A stretch of DNA of 62,808 nucleotides, the filler included, from Phoronis australis (Eukaryota; Animalia; Phoronida), in assembly GCA_002633005.1 (NCBI GenBank). It is 3 parts of 3 records of this genome, joined end to end, with 100 filler letters (N's around TTAATTAATTAA, not from the genome) between each part and the next. Parts side by side here need not be neighbours in the genome. Positions count along the whole stretch, not along the records: positions 18,399 to 49,311 come from NMRA01001284.1; 2 more parts are not named here. The stretch is one strand, 5' to 3'. The position numbers were made by a program, and so were the translations under genes. Below the pieces are notes generated by a model, which did no database searches, was not told the origin of the DNA, and saw only the letters and a list, made by a program, of their open reading frames with translations. Below are positions 25,311-39,419 of this stretch, in pieces (the stretch's first letter is position 1; each line of letters starts with the position of its first letter).

Positions 25311-26739
25311 TAGGTGCGATCTGAACAGTAACTTGGCCAAACATGTAATATTTCATTTGTGTAATATTTTATTTGCTGATCAATTAAGAATTACGTGAAA
25401 GGTCAATCTAAATCTAGCATTTATTATAAAGTTTTTATTTCAACTTAGAAGTACTTTTGAACATTTCTGTAACATTCCTTCCTAAAGGCTGTAAAGAATT
25501 AGCATGCTGTACCAACAGTAAAATTTAGAATAATCCATTATAGAGTCGACATGTATGCATTGGGCTGGTGAGTATAATGAATAGGCCTGTGAACTTTAAC
25601 CTAACACTGAAGTTTCATCTAAAATTGACAAATTTGCTAAGTGCAGAGTGCCGAAAACTCTCGTAACAAGCTGAATGAATGAATACGTAAAAGTGTTTTA
25701 AAACTTTGCAAACTCTCTTGGACTATTATTAAAATTCTGTTGGTTTCTGGTTCCCGTCGCCCGACCTTCATTGCACGGACATTCGAACAAAAATTGTGTT
25801 GGTTGCAAGATTACAATGCTGAAAAATTGAATTCGCATTATCCAACGTTTCCAATTTGCATCCCACAGAGTTCAATAAGCGCATTTGCACGGAAGTGGTT
25901 GTGATTTAACGTTTCCGTGACATCAGTGTGTTCAGTCAAAATTAGTTCCCTTAAAAAATCACAGACTTTCACGGAAACTAACGTACGGTACATGTTGGCG
26001 AAAAGAAAAGTGGGTGTTCACCACTGGCGTAGCCACGGCGTGCGTCACAAGGGGGCAATTGTTTATTGCACAAAAAGCCAGGCTCTCCCGGTCAAAACTC
26101 GCAGCAATTTTGCGTTGCCCCCCAGCTCATTACCCCCAAAGCCCGGTAACCGTTGCTACGCCATTTCTGATCTACCACAAATAACATTGATTTTTAATCT
26201 GACATTTATGACGTCGACAACTACACAAATATCACAGTTACCCGCAGTCCGTGAAGCTATTGTACATGTAAGTGTTGCTTAACAGAGGTTAGGGCGTTAT
26301 TGCAGTGGGTGTCTGAGAGGTGGAGGGGGGNACGCCGGCTATCACGAGAAGCAATGTCCCTCGAAAATAAATTTTTGTCGGGCCCTCACATCTTTGAGCC
26401 CCCCGGCGGTCGCCAGCAAGTGTGCACCACTGTCAGTCCTGGCGTTAGCCTGTATTCCGGGGGTTCAGTGATAATTCTGGTAGAATGCACAACAGTCTCC
26501 GTTTTATAATTTGAAGGCCGAGTAAAGGCTAGCATAGGCTAAATCAACATACCCCTTGGACAAGAGCAAAAAAACCTCGCTGTCAGCCGAACGAGTTTAG
26601 CCTACAGCATGGGAGGACCAGTACCGAAAAAGTGGGGCTATACCCACCAGCCCCCTATGGTGCGTCCCTCATGTACCTGGATGTTGCTGACGTTTGCCTT
26701 TGCTAACTGTATCCAGGTCTAGACCCCTCGTGACATCCT

Positions 26740-28230
26740 AGATCCGACGGAGTAAAGAAGGAGGGAAGTACCGTCTGGGGGTGTCCTAAACATAAGGGAC
26801 ACAAGCTGTTGATAAGATCCGGCTCTTTTTTCGAGAAGTCACATCTACCACCGGGTACACTAGTTCAAGTGTTTTGGTTCTGGTCGTATAAATTAAAGAT
26901 CACGCACGTCGTGGAAATGTTGAACCTGAGCAACTGCACCGTGATACAGTGGTTCACGTACAGTGTATATCCGAGATATATGTTCCTTGTACTTCATGCG
27001 CGCACCCAGCCTCCAATATGGGGGGGGGGGCTCGAATTCCTGACGTTGTGGACCTTTTGGTAACAAAAATGCGGGCGGACTAGAAAAAAACACAAAAATG
27101 GGCGCACCGCTGTGAATTGCGCGTTTTCTTTAGTCTCATTACGGCGTTTTCCAGTTGCTCCCGACTTGTTCGATTCTATAGCCCAACAACAAATTGGGAA
27201 GATCAACCCTGTAGCCAATACCTTACACGACTGATTAACTCCATTCTGGCATTTATGGTTGGAGGGCAGACTTTTTTGTTCGATAATTGCTCTAATGTCC
27301 AATCAGATCTTAGCTATAGCCTGACTGGGCTGTGCTGCTAAAATGAAAGTTAAGTTAGTACATATTTGAAAATAAAGCAATAGAATATCTGAATCCCGTG
27401 TCAAATGCTGATCATATGTTTAGTTTTTGAATTACCAAAATCGCCCAACTACAACAGAAGTTAAGACAATCCATTCTGCCAGGTTTCAGTAACACTTTGA
27501 ATACTGGGAGATCATTGGCCTGGTTGTTGTCATACGGGACAAAAGACTGTGCTGGGCAGTTAACAATGGAGCCAGATGTTATCGCACGTTCAGAACCTCT
27601 CACGTCTAGAAAAAAGTTGTTGAACGACAGAAAGCCGTCATGTCATTTTCTCGGACGTTTTGTTTCTCAGAGGCGGACCTTTTTGCCCACTTCGCCTCGT
27701 ACTTGCTACATGGAAGCGCGTTACAGCGACTGGGTGGCTCAGGGATCGTAGTGGAAATTGAAGAGTTGCTGATTTCAAGGCGGAAATACAACCACGGACG
27801 ATCCGTCCCCGAGAGATGGGTATTCGGCACCTACTGTCAAGCTCAGCGATTGGGGCGCATCCAACTCATACGCTATCGGAATGCCAGAACGCTGCTCCCG
27901 CTGGTAAGACGCTGGATCGCTCCAGGCTCTATAATTCGTAGCGATCAGTGGGGGTGCCTACCATAGAATCGCCAACATTCCCGTGGTGCCGCCATACCAG
28001 CACCACACAGTCAACCACTCTGTTAACTTCATCGATCCTGTTACTGGTGTCCACACACAGAAAGTCGAGAACTACTGGAGGCACATAAAACAGCGTTTCA
28101 AGGCCATGTTTGAAGTGATTGACAACAGTCTGCCGGGATACCTTGACGAACAGATGCGGCGGTAGAGGTAACAGCGGCGGACGCATTTTACCAACATCCT
28201 CACTCATCTGTCTCAGTGGCCACAATATAC
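26740..28230 (+). mobile_element. Merlin (ISXO2/IS1595-like DDE) transposase pseudogene, split by nested insertions
   Basis: CPKH..IRSGSFFEKSHL...TVIQWF; after the insertion, GIVVEIEE...RRKYNHGR...RWVFG...TLLPLVRRWIAPGSIIRSDQW...HTVNHSVNFIDPVTGVHTQKVENYW...YLDE; frameshifts present. Confidence 0.92.
26995..27699. mobile_element. CATGCGCGCACCCA-type MITE inserted in the Merlin ORF, itself containing a nested ~500-bp element (27137-27642)
   Basis: Homologous to the reverse complement of 61860-62118; TACTT duplicated at 26990-26994 and 27700-27704; nested piece has cattacggcg.../...gccgtcatg inverted ends. Confidence 0.7.
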
Positions 28231-28370
28231 CAGACGCCATGAAACCAGAAAATATATTAGAAAAAAACAAAACAGAAAACAAAAAACAAAAAAGAGGTCA
28301 ATAATTGGGCCTATAAACATCCCTACACTGACACACCCTGTATAGAAATGATGCCTGCTGATCACAACTG

Positions 28371-28601
28371 CAGTGGAGTAGATAGGTTTATCAGCTTATC
28401 AACGCCGGGGGGCAGAAAACGCCACCAGTTTGAAGCCCTGCCCCCTTGCCAACAAACTGGCGCCCCTCCCATACCACATATTTGGTGCCCACCCCCCGGT
28501 GGCCACCTATTTGCCCTCTGGGTCTGCCTGACGTGCCTGCTTTTCTGACGCCCGGTAACAAAACTAAGTGACCCCTGCCACCGAGGCTCGCTACGCCACT
28601 G
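28371..28601. mobile_element. GC-rich MITE (CAGTGG(C/A)GTAG termini)
   Basis: cagtggagtag ... gctacgccactg; a related element lies at 26022-26165. Confidence 0.6.
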
Positions 28602-31600
28602 CTCATGCAGCATGTAGATGTACATGTACCTGTACTGAGATGCATGGTTTCTACAATGCAGATCATGGCTTTTAAAATGCAGCCCAGAGTATTTGGACTT
28701 TTGCTGTTTGGGGGTGGGGGGGGGGGCGGCAACTGAAAGTTTTACCAAATTTTTTTATTTGTCCGATTTTTTCCCTAACCTGGCTGCATATTTCACATTT
28801 TTTTGCCCCAAAATGGGTAGACAATAACCCCCCTCCCCCAATCCTATGAATGCAGCGCACGTACATTTCATAACGTCTCGTTACCTCTTTTTCAGTTCCG
28901 TCCCAACCGACACAATGTACATGTATGTTTCTTTCACAGTTGACGCATTTCGACGCTCGGTGTCCTTGTCATAGCACCTGAATTTCAATGCGAAGTTTGG
29001 CGTTAAATTTTTGGAAAGTGAAAGTTTAAATCGAAACAATTTTAGCACAGGAGTAAAGACTGAACAATCACGGATCGATTGAGGTATATATTATCCATGT
29101 CCGATCATTTTTTCGCAGATATGAAGGATTGAATATGGTCTGAATTGGGACCCGGCAACTAGACTTTTACCCTATTCTGAGTCATTCAGTAGTTTTCATT
29201 GGATTTCAGCCAAGCACATGTTACTTATTGAGTGTTAAAAATGCACACATTTCCCGTTGGACTTAGTCTCATTTCCGGGCGCACCGACAACATGGCGACT
29301 TCTGCTGAACTGAGGGCATGTTCAATGGCTATTTTGTACTTGGTGAAGTTTTAACTTTGATAGATTTTGATGAAAGCTGCTATAAAAAAACAACTTTGCA
29401 CAATGTTTATGTTTTTGTGCAAAAATATAAGGAATATTCTAATTATTGCAGTGTGAATATCCCATTCAGTTGACCATATACTCAGCTTAAAAATAATTGA
29501 AAATGTTTTGAAATCGTTTTTTTCTTTGAAAGTCAATTGCGCTTCAAGGTTTGATTATGTGTCACAACATAATTCACATTTTTCTAAATTTTACGTATGA
29601 ATCGTTCTTTCAATATATGCGTTGTAGCTTTTTGGTTTCTTAATTCAAGTTATCAAGGCCCAAAATGTAAAGGCTCTTAATTAGAGAAATAGGCCATGGT
29701 GGATTGTGAAGCGTCCAGCCTCCAGTCCTTTTTCCATGCAACTTTTATTTTTTCAAATCACACTTGTCGAATTTTAATTTAACGAAATACCTGGTCACCA
29801 TGGTAATAGTTAGGCATATCCACTTTCACATCATGTAAATTTGTCTTGTTGTTGGATAACGTTTGTAATGCTTAAATGTTCTAAAATACTGTGCATTCTA
29901 AGTTACATGTACTTATTTTGGTAAAAGATTAGATCATTTTGACTCACATATAAACTTGACTGTACTGAGATTATTTCAGCTGTGACTTATTTACAGTAGC
30001 GGTAACCTTCAACAACCTTGAAAGTTTTTCACTGTGGAAACCAAATATATAGATCCGACTGAAAGCACTTGATGTTTATTTGGACTGTGGATTAAATCAT
30101 AATCGTCCTCTGATTTATTCTTTGATTTCTATGACTCAGTGACCAAAGCATGATAGAATTAACTTGCCTTAATGAAAGGCTGAAATAATATGTTCAGTGG
30201 CATCTTCAGGTAATATTTCGTGATGCTTTGGGTTTATTATCATTTCAATAGATTAACACATGAATTTAAAAAACCAAGTTCAGAAGACTTCCATTTCAAG
30301 TGTTCTTGTAATTCTGTCAGTGAGATTTCCACCTCCACTCAAATTTCAATTATATACGTGGTTAAATTAAAGGTGGCAGCCTTTTTATTTACTGTTGAAA
30401 ATGAAAATAATGAAAATTGCACTATTTTGTATTAGGCTTGATTATCTGTGATACACTGATCCTTACATCTCCTTAGCGAAAAACAATTTAGTTGCGCCAT
30501 TAAATTGAGTTGAAAGGAATTATCAATTGAAGCAAGCAAAATTTTGAAGGGTTGACTGCTTGTAGCCATTGCAGTACACAGCTGTCTTCCTTATCTGACA
30601 CCACAGCCGGTTATGTAAATGCCTGTTCTCAGAATTGACTGGGCTGAAGTCAGATAAGGTCATTACGGCTAGGCTTTTCTCATTAACCAAGCTGTGCGGA
30701 CAAGAACTGCCCTGTGCAACAGATTCATACAGTGCTATTATTTGTTTTAAAAAGCAGCTGTTTTGGTGCGAAACTTTGTTTTTAAGTTCAAGAAGAAACT
30801 CCCTGTATTCATCCGGGTCAAGTGCTCCGAAAATGACATTGCTCTGAAATCAAAATCTTAGTAACAATTTATTACCGGTTCCGTGTTAAATTCGACATAT
30901 TCTAATTCTTGTACCGATTAACAATTTGACTTAAATTGATCAAAGTCGTTCTAAAAATAACCCAACTCATCCTACATTTCCTCAGAACTTCCTCAAAACC
31001 TTTGCCAACTTTGATCAATAAAAAATGCCACGTAATTTGTGTCAGATCAGTTTTGAGACAAAGTACTTTGAAAACAGCTGCAAAATATATGTGTAGCATT
31101 GTAGGCCTCTGTATAATATCATCATGGCTCCTCGAACCGGTAAGCATAATTATCAGGGTATTTAACGACGCTATGTCTCATTAAATTGTGAATATGCAAA
31201 ACAACCCTCAGTCTTCCGGGGTGTCGAAAACAATACTAGAGCCACTTACCGTTACAATCTCGCTAAAGTCTCGTTTTGCAACACCGTGTTTTTGTAGATA
31301 AGTAAAATGTCGTCGTTACTCTAATAAAACGAGGCACAGTTTTTACTATTTGCTCATTCCACTATCAAATAATGATGTCGTGATGTATGGAATTACTAAA
31401 TAGTGTTGCAGTTGTTTGCGCATGTTTTTCAATGTATCAGTTATGTATGTGTTTTTCGAAACTGCACTTTATTTACAAATTGTTCCTTTTCCTGACTATG
31501 CTCGTTTTCCATTAGGTCAGAATGTGGTGTTTGTTAGAAATTTAAATATCCACGGCTTTAATCACACGTAGCATCTTTAATAAACGGCCAGAACTGGACA

Positions 31601-32790
31601 CGAGATGTACTAGGTGAGCTTGAATTTTAACACTGCGACTCTTAACGTTGTATTAAGAAGTTGAGTACAGAATGAAAGTTTCGGATTTCAACTAGGTGAA
31701 ATATTCCCACACACTCAGGCACTTTTGAATAACAAAGCAAGGCAGTAAATTATTCTATATTGAATTTTCTCAATTTGGTATGGATTACTGAGCTAAATAC
31801 ACCCCCTATTCGTTCTGGTCACAGTGTTCCAAGTTTTATTGATTTACCGTATTCATGGGAAGAGTTCAGGAACGCTGGGACCTCACTAAAAAGCAATAGT
31901 TTGCGAGATTACGTGAGGCATTGCCGTGTATTTTAAATGAGAACACGTGAATTTGGCTAGATTTGAAGGAAGTTCTACCGTTACTGAACTGTGCCAAGGA
32001 TCTACCAAAAAGTCACGATTTCCTCCGTTGGAGCAACTGTAACCCATGGGCGATATCGCCACCTGTTGGGAAAGATTTTTAATTATAATGCTAAGCTCAA
32101 TGAATCGTCGCACATTTTTGTTTAGTTTTAACAAGATGACGATGTTGATTATGTCTCAAAACACGAACACAAACAAAAGACAACGTTTTCGAGAATAATG
32201 CATTAAGTATAGTGTCGGAGTCTTTCATTTGAATCCGCTCAGGCTCTTCTGAGACGTGATGTTGTGAAATGAGACAAAGTATTTCATTTTGGTAGTATTT
32301 AGCATGCCCTTCAAGTGATTTCATAAGACATGTCTCAATTTGCAGATCTTCAACTGAACCTTAACAAGGTTCACTATAATTTAAGACCTTGTAGCTTATA
32401 CAGTACTCGTGCGAGCAAAATCTGAGATTTGAACCATTGTTTTTTATTTTATTGGAACCATTATGGAAATTGGTCGCCTTGACTCAATCGTCTGTTTGTT
32501 GCACGAGGTGGTTATTGAGTGAATCAAATTATTTCTGGAATATAGAACCACTATACGTCACCCTAGTTGCAATGCCTTATGTACAAATCTCACCAGCAAG
32601 AGCGTTCAAACTAAACCCAGCCATGTTTAATAAAGGGACAAGGGCATTTAACATTGTGGTTTAATATCAAATGAGTTTACTATTCGAAGCTTGAAAATTT
32701 AAAAATTTTGGTCTAACAAATATATTTCTGTATTAAGCTACTATTGCTCGACACTACTAATTATTCTAGTTTATTTATAATATTTTACAG

Positions 32791-34061
32791 CATACGGATG
32801 TTCTTTCTACACTGCCGTACCTACAACCACAGACTCTTCGGTTCAAAGCGAAGACCGAAGTACAGACACCATTATATATTCAGCGCTGCTAACAACCCCT
32901 TCTGCAACATCAAAAGAGGGATCGGAACATAATCTTACAACAGAAACAACGACTCAAGTAACAACCACCAAGGACGAGGCATCTCAGAGCAATACCGATA
33001 CTGAGTTTCCTCCTTCTGATACTGCCCGCAACACGCCCATCGTGTTTCAGACAGTAACCTTATCTTTGACACACTCTACGTCTATAGTTGACCATGATGT
33101 TTCCACTGCAATTGGCGGTATAACCTCTGATAATGATGCTACTGAGATGCCGAAGACAACGACGGTTGTAACGTCAGCAACCGGAGTACACGTATCTCCT
33201 CATCCCGACGAGAAGACCACTGAAGATAGCAAAGTTAAATTGGCGACAACAACCTCTACCATCGAGAAAAAGGTTTCACATGCTCCCTACTTCATGACTA
33301 CTGAAGACAGCATGACTAAAATCACGTCAACGATTGTTAGAACGTCTTTAACGGAGGAAAATGTTTCTCTTGGAGCTAACACTAAGACAACCAAGGGAAG
33401 TGCTGCTGAAACCATGTTTAGCACGTCTACAATAGGTAAAGAAGTTTCTCTTGGTACCGACCTTAAGAATACTGAAGACACTACCAATAAAATGGTTACG
33501 GCGACGGTTAGTGCACCGGCAACCAGAGCAGATGAATCGCTTGACCATTACCTCATGACCACTGACGCTGCAGTAATGACAAAGACGGATAGTAAATTGA
33601 CATCTGTAACAGGTGCTTCCATTGGGTACGACACCAGCGTCATCGACTCGGGCAAAAGCGGTACTCCTACTGTGGCAGACAGTATGTCCACTGATGATGG
33701 CAGCACCGGCACGAGAGTAACTAGCCACATAGCGTCAACAACTTTCAACCGTAGAGCAGCCGTACATAATCAGACAACTACCAACAAGCATGTGTCATTG
33801 GGTAGAGCAAGTGAAGCAGCAGCAACAACAACAGCAGAAGCAGCGCCAACAGATTCGACCATCAGAGTCACTTCTGAAGCAACCCAGGGCTCGGCTCGCC
33901 ATAACAAAGATGGAATGAGCGATCTACATATTGGTCTGATCACAGGCGCTTGTGTTCTTCTGGTGGTTGTGATTGTGGTTATTACAGTATGTGGCCTAGG
34001 GAAAGCCAAACACAGGTACAGTGGTTATGGGCGTGTTTCAGGAAAAAGCGGCTTAAACTAA
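32791..34061 (+). CDS. Mucin-like Ser/Thr-rich single-pass membrane protein, terminal exon
   Basis: tattttacAG acceptor; open frame extends 251 nt upstream of the tracked ORF; S/T-rich ectodomain, TM LHIGLITGACVLLVVVIVVITVCGL, short basic tail KAKHRYSGYGRVSGKSGLN. The upstream signal-peptide exon was not securely found. Confidence 0.85.
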
Positions 34062-37000
34062 AACATAAAATGTCGTTCTATCGCACTTTAAAATCGCCGA
34101 TTAAACATTAATTGTATAATTTTAGGATGACATCACAGCCCGGAAATTGCTGATACAGATTATCGCTGTAACTGGCAGTTCTAAGAATATTGTCACAGAC
34201 ATTGTACTTCTTCTAAAGTCAGATTTTTTGTTTTCAAAAATAGTTATAAGAAGCGTTAGTTAATATTTCTTTTAAGACTTCAGAGGTTTAGGTTTCTTTT
34301 CATGAAAAAGACCCCCGTGATAGAATTTGAAAACATCAGAAGATTTTATGAATTGCATTTTCAAATTGTGTGACCCGGAGCATAAACTTTTTGACTGCAA
34401 CTTTTCACCAAAAGTTTTCTTTTCATCAGTAAACCGTTGTATAGTACTAATAGCTTGCAGCATTTAACAATTGCGACAGCAATGTGTAAATGTGCCTCGC
34501 AGTTTTTTGTACTTGACCTGCCACAGGGGAGACAATTCAAATGTTACCGAACATTTACTGCAACCTGCAGTGACTGGACACTTTAAACAAAACAGCTTAG
34601 ACTTCTATATTTGTATCTTGTTGTACCTGTTAAAGTAATCTGCAAATTAAAAGTGCTGGCAAAGCAAATGAATTTTCTAATTTGATTTCAGGGGCAGTGT
34701 TGCACCATGCGGCAGTAGTAAAGATATTAAAACACACCTGTTGGTGCCTAAGTATGGCATGGATCGCGCTGCCTCACCACTCTCACTGTCTTCAAGCGAT
34801 GGAGCAGGTTTCCAAACATCCGATAGCAGGCCTGTGTCCGCCACCTTCCTTACCGGCGGTTTAGAAGTCTAGTGTTCTATACGGTCAACATCCGTTGCTA
34901 TTGACGTACCGTTTTTATGCGCCCATATATCCAAATGCGGGTGCATATTGCAGTCGTCGGATATTTCACCAATAGTTTTGAACTTGGGAGGTGATGGACG
35001 ACGTGATTTCATTCCTACTTATTCTGCATGTGTAGTGATGCCGTACACTCCACGAGACTGTTATGACAGTCCTGGTGTGATTATGTTTGGTCTGTATTTT
35101 CTGAAACGACGGAATTTAGAGAAAAAGTGATGTCATACTGACTGCGCGTCGAATATGTATAAGTTAAAACGATGCCTATTATATGCTAATACCGATTATT
35201 ATTATCAGTGTTATTGTTAATATTATTGTTCTTACTAAACAGCCCTCATTGAAGTGTAGTCGCGTGTTCACTTTAACGCTTTATTTTGCTGCTGTTCATG
35301 TACATGTATGTAAAGGCACGCGTAAGATATTGTTTGAACAATGTACGAAAGGTGGCGAGTGTTGTTTGAAACTCTTTGTAGTGTGTTTACGTTTTCCAAC
35401 TCAGGAGTTACGTACAGCGATATTAAAACCACAAAGCAACGACCAGACAATGGGTTACTTCATAGTTATACGCATTTCATTAAAATTCCGCTAGAGGACG
35501 TAGCAGATCACTGTCAATATCGTGTCTTTTGATAGAGATTTCTTACTTTCGCCAGCCATTTATCGTATTTAGCATACGTCAACTTAAACGGTACGAATTG
35601 TGAAGTGTACGTCTGCCGACATTCTATCCTGACTCTTTTAGTATCTTTCTCACAAAAACATCAGTGGGAAGTACATGTAAAATTAACATGGAATAAAGCA
35701 ATTTAAACTGAAGGTACTGACGGGTACCATTTTCTTGAGATAATGTTTGACAGAAAGTGCGAGAGAGGTCTTTCAGTCCGCGGGCCTCCTTTTCGATCCC
35801 TGGGGATGCTATTTTAAAGATCGAGGTGAACCGTTTTGAATTTGCTGCAGTCGGTTTTAGAAACCTAAATTAATTATCATTTCACTCAAGGCATATTTTG
35901 TATTTTTCATAAATATCATGAAATTGTTTTTTAGATATTCCTGCCTGCAAAAGTGGAACATTTTTAAAATAATTCCCAAAACATTTGGAGACCACTACCT
36001 GGCAGTCTTAAATGAATCTTATCAGCCATTTCTGAGATATGACGCTCCAAATTTAGTCAAATTTCAACAGTTTCCTGTAGTACGGTCCTAAATAACCTCC
36101 TGAGGATACTTCTCCCTCGTTAATGTACTACTTTTCATTTTCGTCAAGCTGCCAAAATCGCTTCTCACTTGTTAGTGTCGGCCGACTACGCTGTTATTGC
36201 TAAGGTTTCATTGCCATCCTAATGCACCCCACGTACTGTGTTTGAATACCTGAGTTTCTAGTTCAGACATGTTCTGCTATTCATTGTGTTGTTATTGTTT
36301 GTGGTCAACTAATGCCAATAAAACAATCGATCAAAGAATCAATCAAACATTGTTTGTGTACCGAGACGGGTTCTAGGAGTGGAGGTACATAAGTCACTGT
36401 CTCTGAAGACCATGTCTTTCCTCCCGTATTTCCCACTCCTGTCCCTATGACCATGTGACAGTCGGGCATGTCAAGCTTTTTAACTTACCGTACAATAATT
36501 TTTATCCTGATTTACATGTGTTTTTGAAAAATAGATGCGCTCTTTCTTAATTGATTGCCATTTTACCATCCCCAGACTCGGTACATTATTTTTGAAAGTG
36601 TTCTGATGAATTTGATCCTGCAGCACTCCGTGTTAGGGACCTACCGACTTAAAGTATAGATTCAATTGTTCTTTGTAGTCTAGTTTAGTCGGGTGACGAT
36701 TGGTATGCAGGCCTTATTTTCTAGTTCAGAACTCAGCACTTCAGAAGAAGAGGTCACATTTTGAATTTGTGTACAGGACTCAAAATAAACAAGGAAATAA
36801 TCTCGCCAATAAAACTCCCAGTCCATTCAAAAGGGAGCCCATTGTGTGTGGCCGGGTGTAAGCCTCTTGGGCTTTCTAACACTTTCACAAAAGTTATATC
36901 TCAAACTTAAACATTATATATTTTCAGAACAAGCTTTTACATTGTGCGGCTTGGTAAACAAATACAGTTTACGATAGCGGGCATTGTGCGCACAGTTTAA

Positions 37001-39385
37001 CACGCATACAAGGAAACGCTCACGTTAAAAATACTTCTCTTTTTCCTGTGCAGTATAAACGCACTTTCTTCACTGCAAGTAATCACAAGGAAATATACTT
37101 TACACTAAATATCAGCAACACACATTGTCACCTACAAAACACTAAAAATGTACTTTGTACTGGCGTAAACCAGTGACGGGGAATGCAGTTAAGATGACTT
37201 GAAACTGGAAGGGTTATAAATCCGTATTCTATCACCAAAATTTTTGACTTAGATGACAAAAAATCGCAACATTGGTATCAAATTGTTCTTTAATTAAAAT
37301 TGATTTGGATAGGGTTCAAATGAAGTGGCCGTTCGTGCCTGTTTTAGAGTTTTAGAACAGGCTCTACAAGTGGACTTGGTCACGGCGGGACAGTAACGGG
37401 CCAAGTCGGGTCGGTATAGCGAAATGTCACTTATTGCATCACTAGGCATCTGATAAAAGAAGAGGATTAATAGAATTCTTTAGTAAATCAAAAGTTTACT
37501 TCTTGGACGCAACGGAGGTTTAGAGTTTCTTCAACTCAGTTAACACTTCATCAGCGCTCGAAGACTTTTCATCATTTTTTTGACTTTCTCAGATTAATCA
37601 TTTAGTTTTTGGAACCACAAAACCAAGCTCAAGATCGTTTTAATAGCACTGGCATGGCTGCTATAACAAGGCAGTGTTACAATGCCTAGGAATAACACGT
37701 ATTCACTTCACTGCTTAGGGAATTTCGTGCTAGTATTTTGCATTATTTGAAACACCTGATTTATCAACCCGATAAGCTCACAGGAGAAAACTCGACATGG
37801 TTGATACTGTTCTATGTTCTATAAAGTCTCATACCTCGTTTGAGCCCTACGTTATGATTACATCTTATTGCATGGGGTCGCATATCTAAACAGCAGCATT
37901 TAATAACACAAGTTCAATCGGAGCAAAAGCTACAATATTCATTAAAAGTAGTAATATGTATTTTCAAATTCAATATTTTGTATACGCGCACATTTTTCAA
38001 GCCATTCACGTTGTTCTAAGAGGACTTTTCAAAGTACATGTAGCAATCTCTACAAACACGTTCCTTCTGCAGATAAAATAAATGTCCATTATTGTCACAC
38101 AAAATAACCATCGAACGAGTTCATCTTCATAAACACTTGATTCAACGATAAGTTGCAACCTGGCAGTTCAAAGAATTAAAAAAATTGTTGCACTTGGTCT
38201 TCCAACACTTTGCGTTGTTTGAATAAGGGACAACCATGCTCAAGCGCATTATGACAATCCCTATCCTCGCACGCCCTTGCCTTCTTTCGGGTCATTCCGC
38301 TTTACCTAAATATAGAGTATACTCTTCGAACACAATTCAACATTCAATAGTCCTTACATGCAAATGTTAAGAGTTTTACGAAAGCTATTGAGCTTAGCCT
38401 GTGCTCAAGAAAACATGTTGGATGTTCTCGTATTCCGAGATCCCTCTTACAAACAACCTATTAATTTTTTTCCTATATTTTGATGTGAACTGGATGTGTA
38501 GTGAGAAAAAGGCACAGAGTGTTCATCAAGGTTCCACTTTTGTTGATCAAATGTCATATGGATGCTCTACCTTTAATTGCTTTCTATATAGAGATGACAC
38601 AACTCTTAGCAATGGCAATTTTCATGGTATTTAAACCCAGGACTCTAATCATCTTACTTTTATTATTTATTTATTATTATGTTATTTAAAAAGAGGGTGA
38701 CCTCTTCAGTGATAGCACTGCTTTCCAAGACGGCCCTCAACAAGAAAAACAGTAATATAATATAATGAAGTAATATGACAACAATGAAATATACGTAACA
38801 AAGATACAATTAAAACAGGTTGAGAATTAAGACAAAAACTAAATGACAAATAATGGTAAAAATTTAACTAAGACAGATGAAATAAATTAAGAGATGATTC
38901 TAGACAGTGAGAGTATTTAAGACAATGAAAAAATGACCTGATTAAGACAGGCAGGGTATAAAAGGTCAAGTAAATTACAGCCACTTTTAATATTTACTTT
39001 GAAGGTAGTAATTCAAGTTGGTAGAATTCAAACGTGGGATACACCAAAAAAGTTAGTTCTCAATATGAACAGATTCAAGTCTATGTGTTTTTCATTCCCG
39101 ATGTAAATCGATAAGTAACAATATTCCAATTAAAAGAGTATTGAAATAAAACGTTTAAACATTTAAATTCTTACGACTAGTTATTGAACAAAATTTGTAT
39201 TGGGGAAATCACATGGCAATAGCATAAGTAATTGATTGGTTTACAGAAGAAAGTTATTAGAATTAGACTTTTTGAAAATTAAAAGTTTACTCAAGACAGC
39301 AGGCACAACCACTGTCATCCAGTAGCAACACTGTTGATATGATCGTTTTCGTATTCTACATAACACGAATTAGAAGCATTACTCC

Positions 39386-39386
<1 letters not shown>

Positions 39387-39419
<33 letters not shown>
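39387..39419. repeat. (GTT)n microsatellite
   Basis: Direct reading; flanked by a duplicated gtattctacataacacgaa. Confidence 0.9.

Noticed and set aside
29292-29354. caacATGGCG start as the first exon of the mucin-like gene
   Set aside because: Weak donor, incompatible phase, and an early stop.
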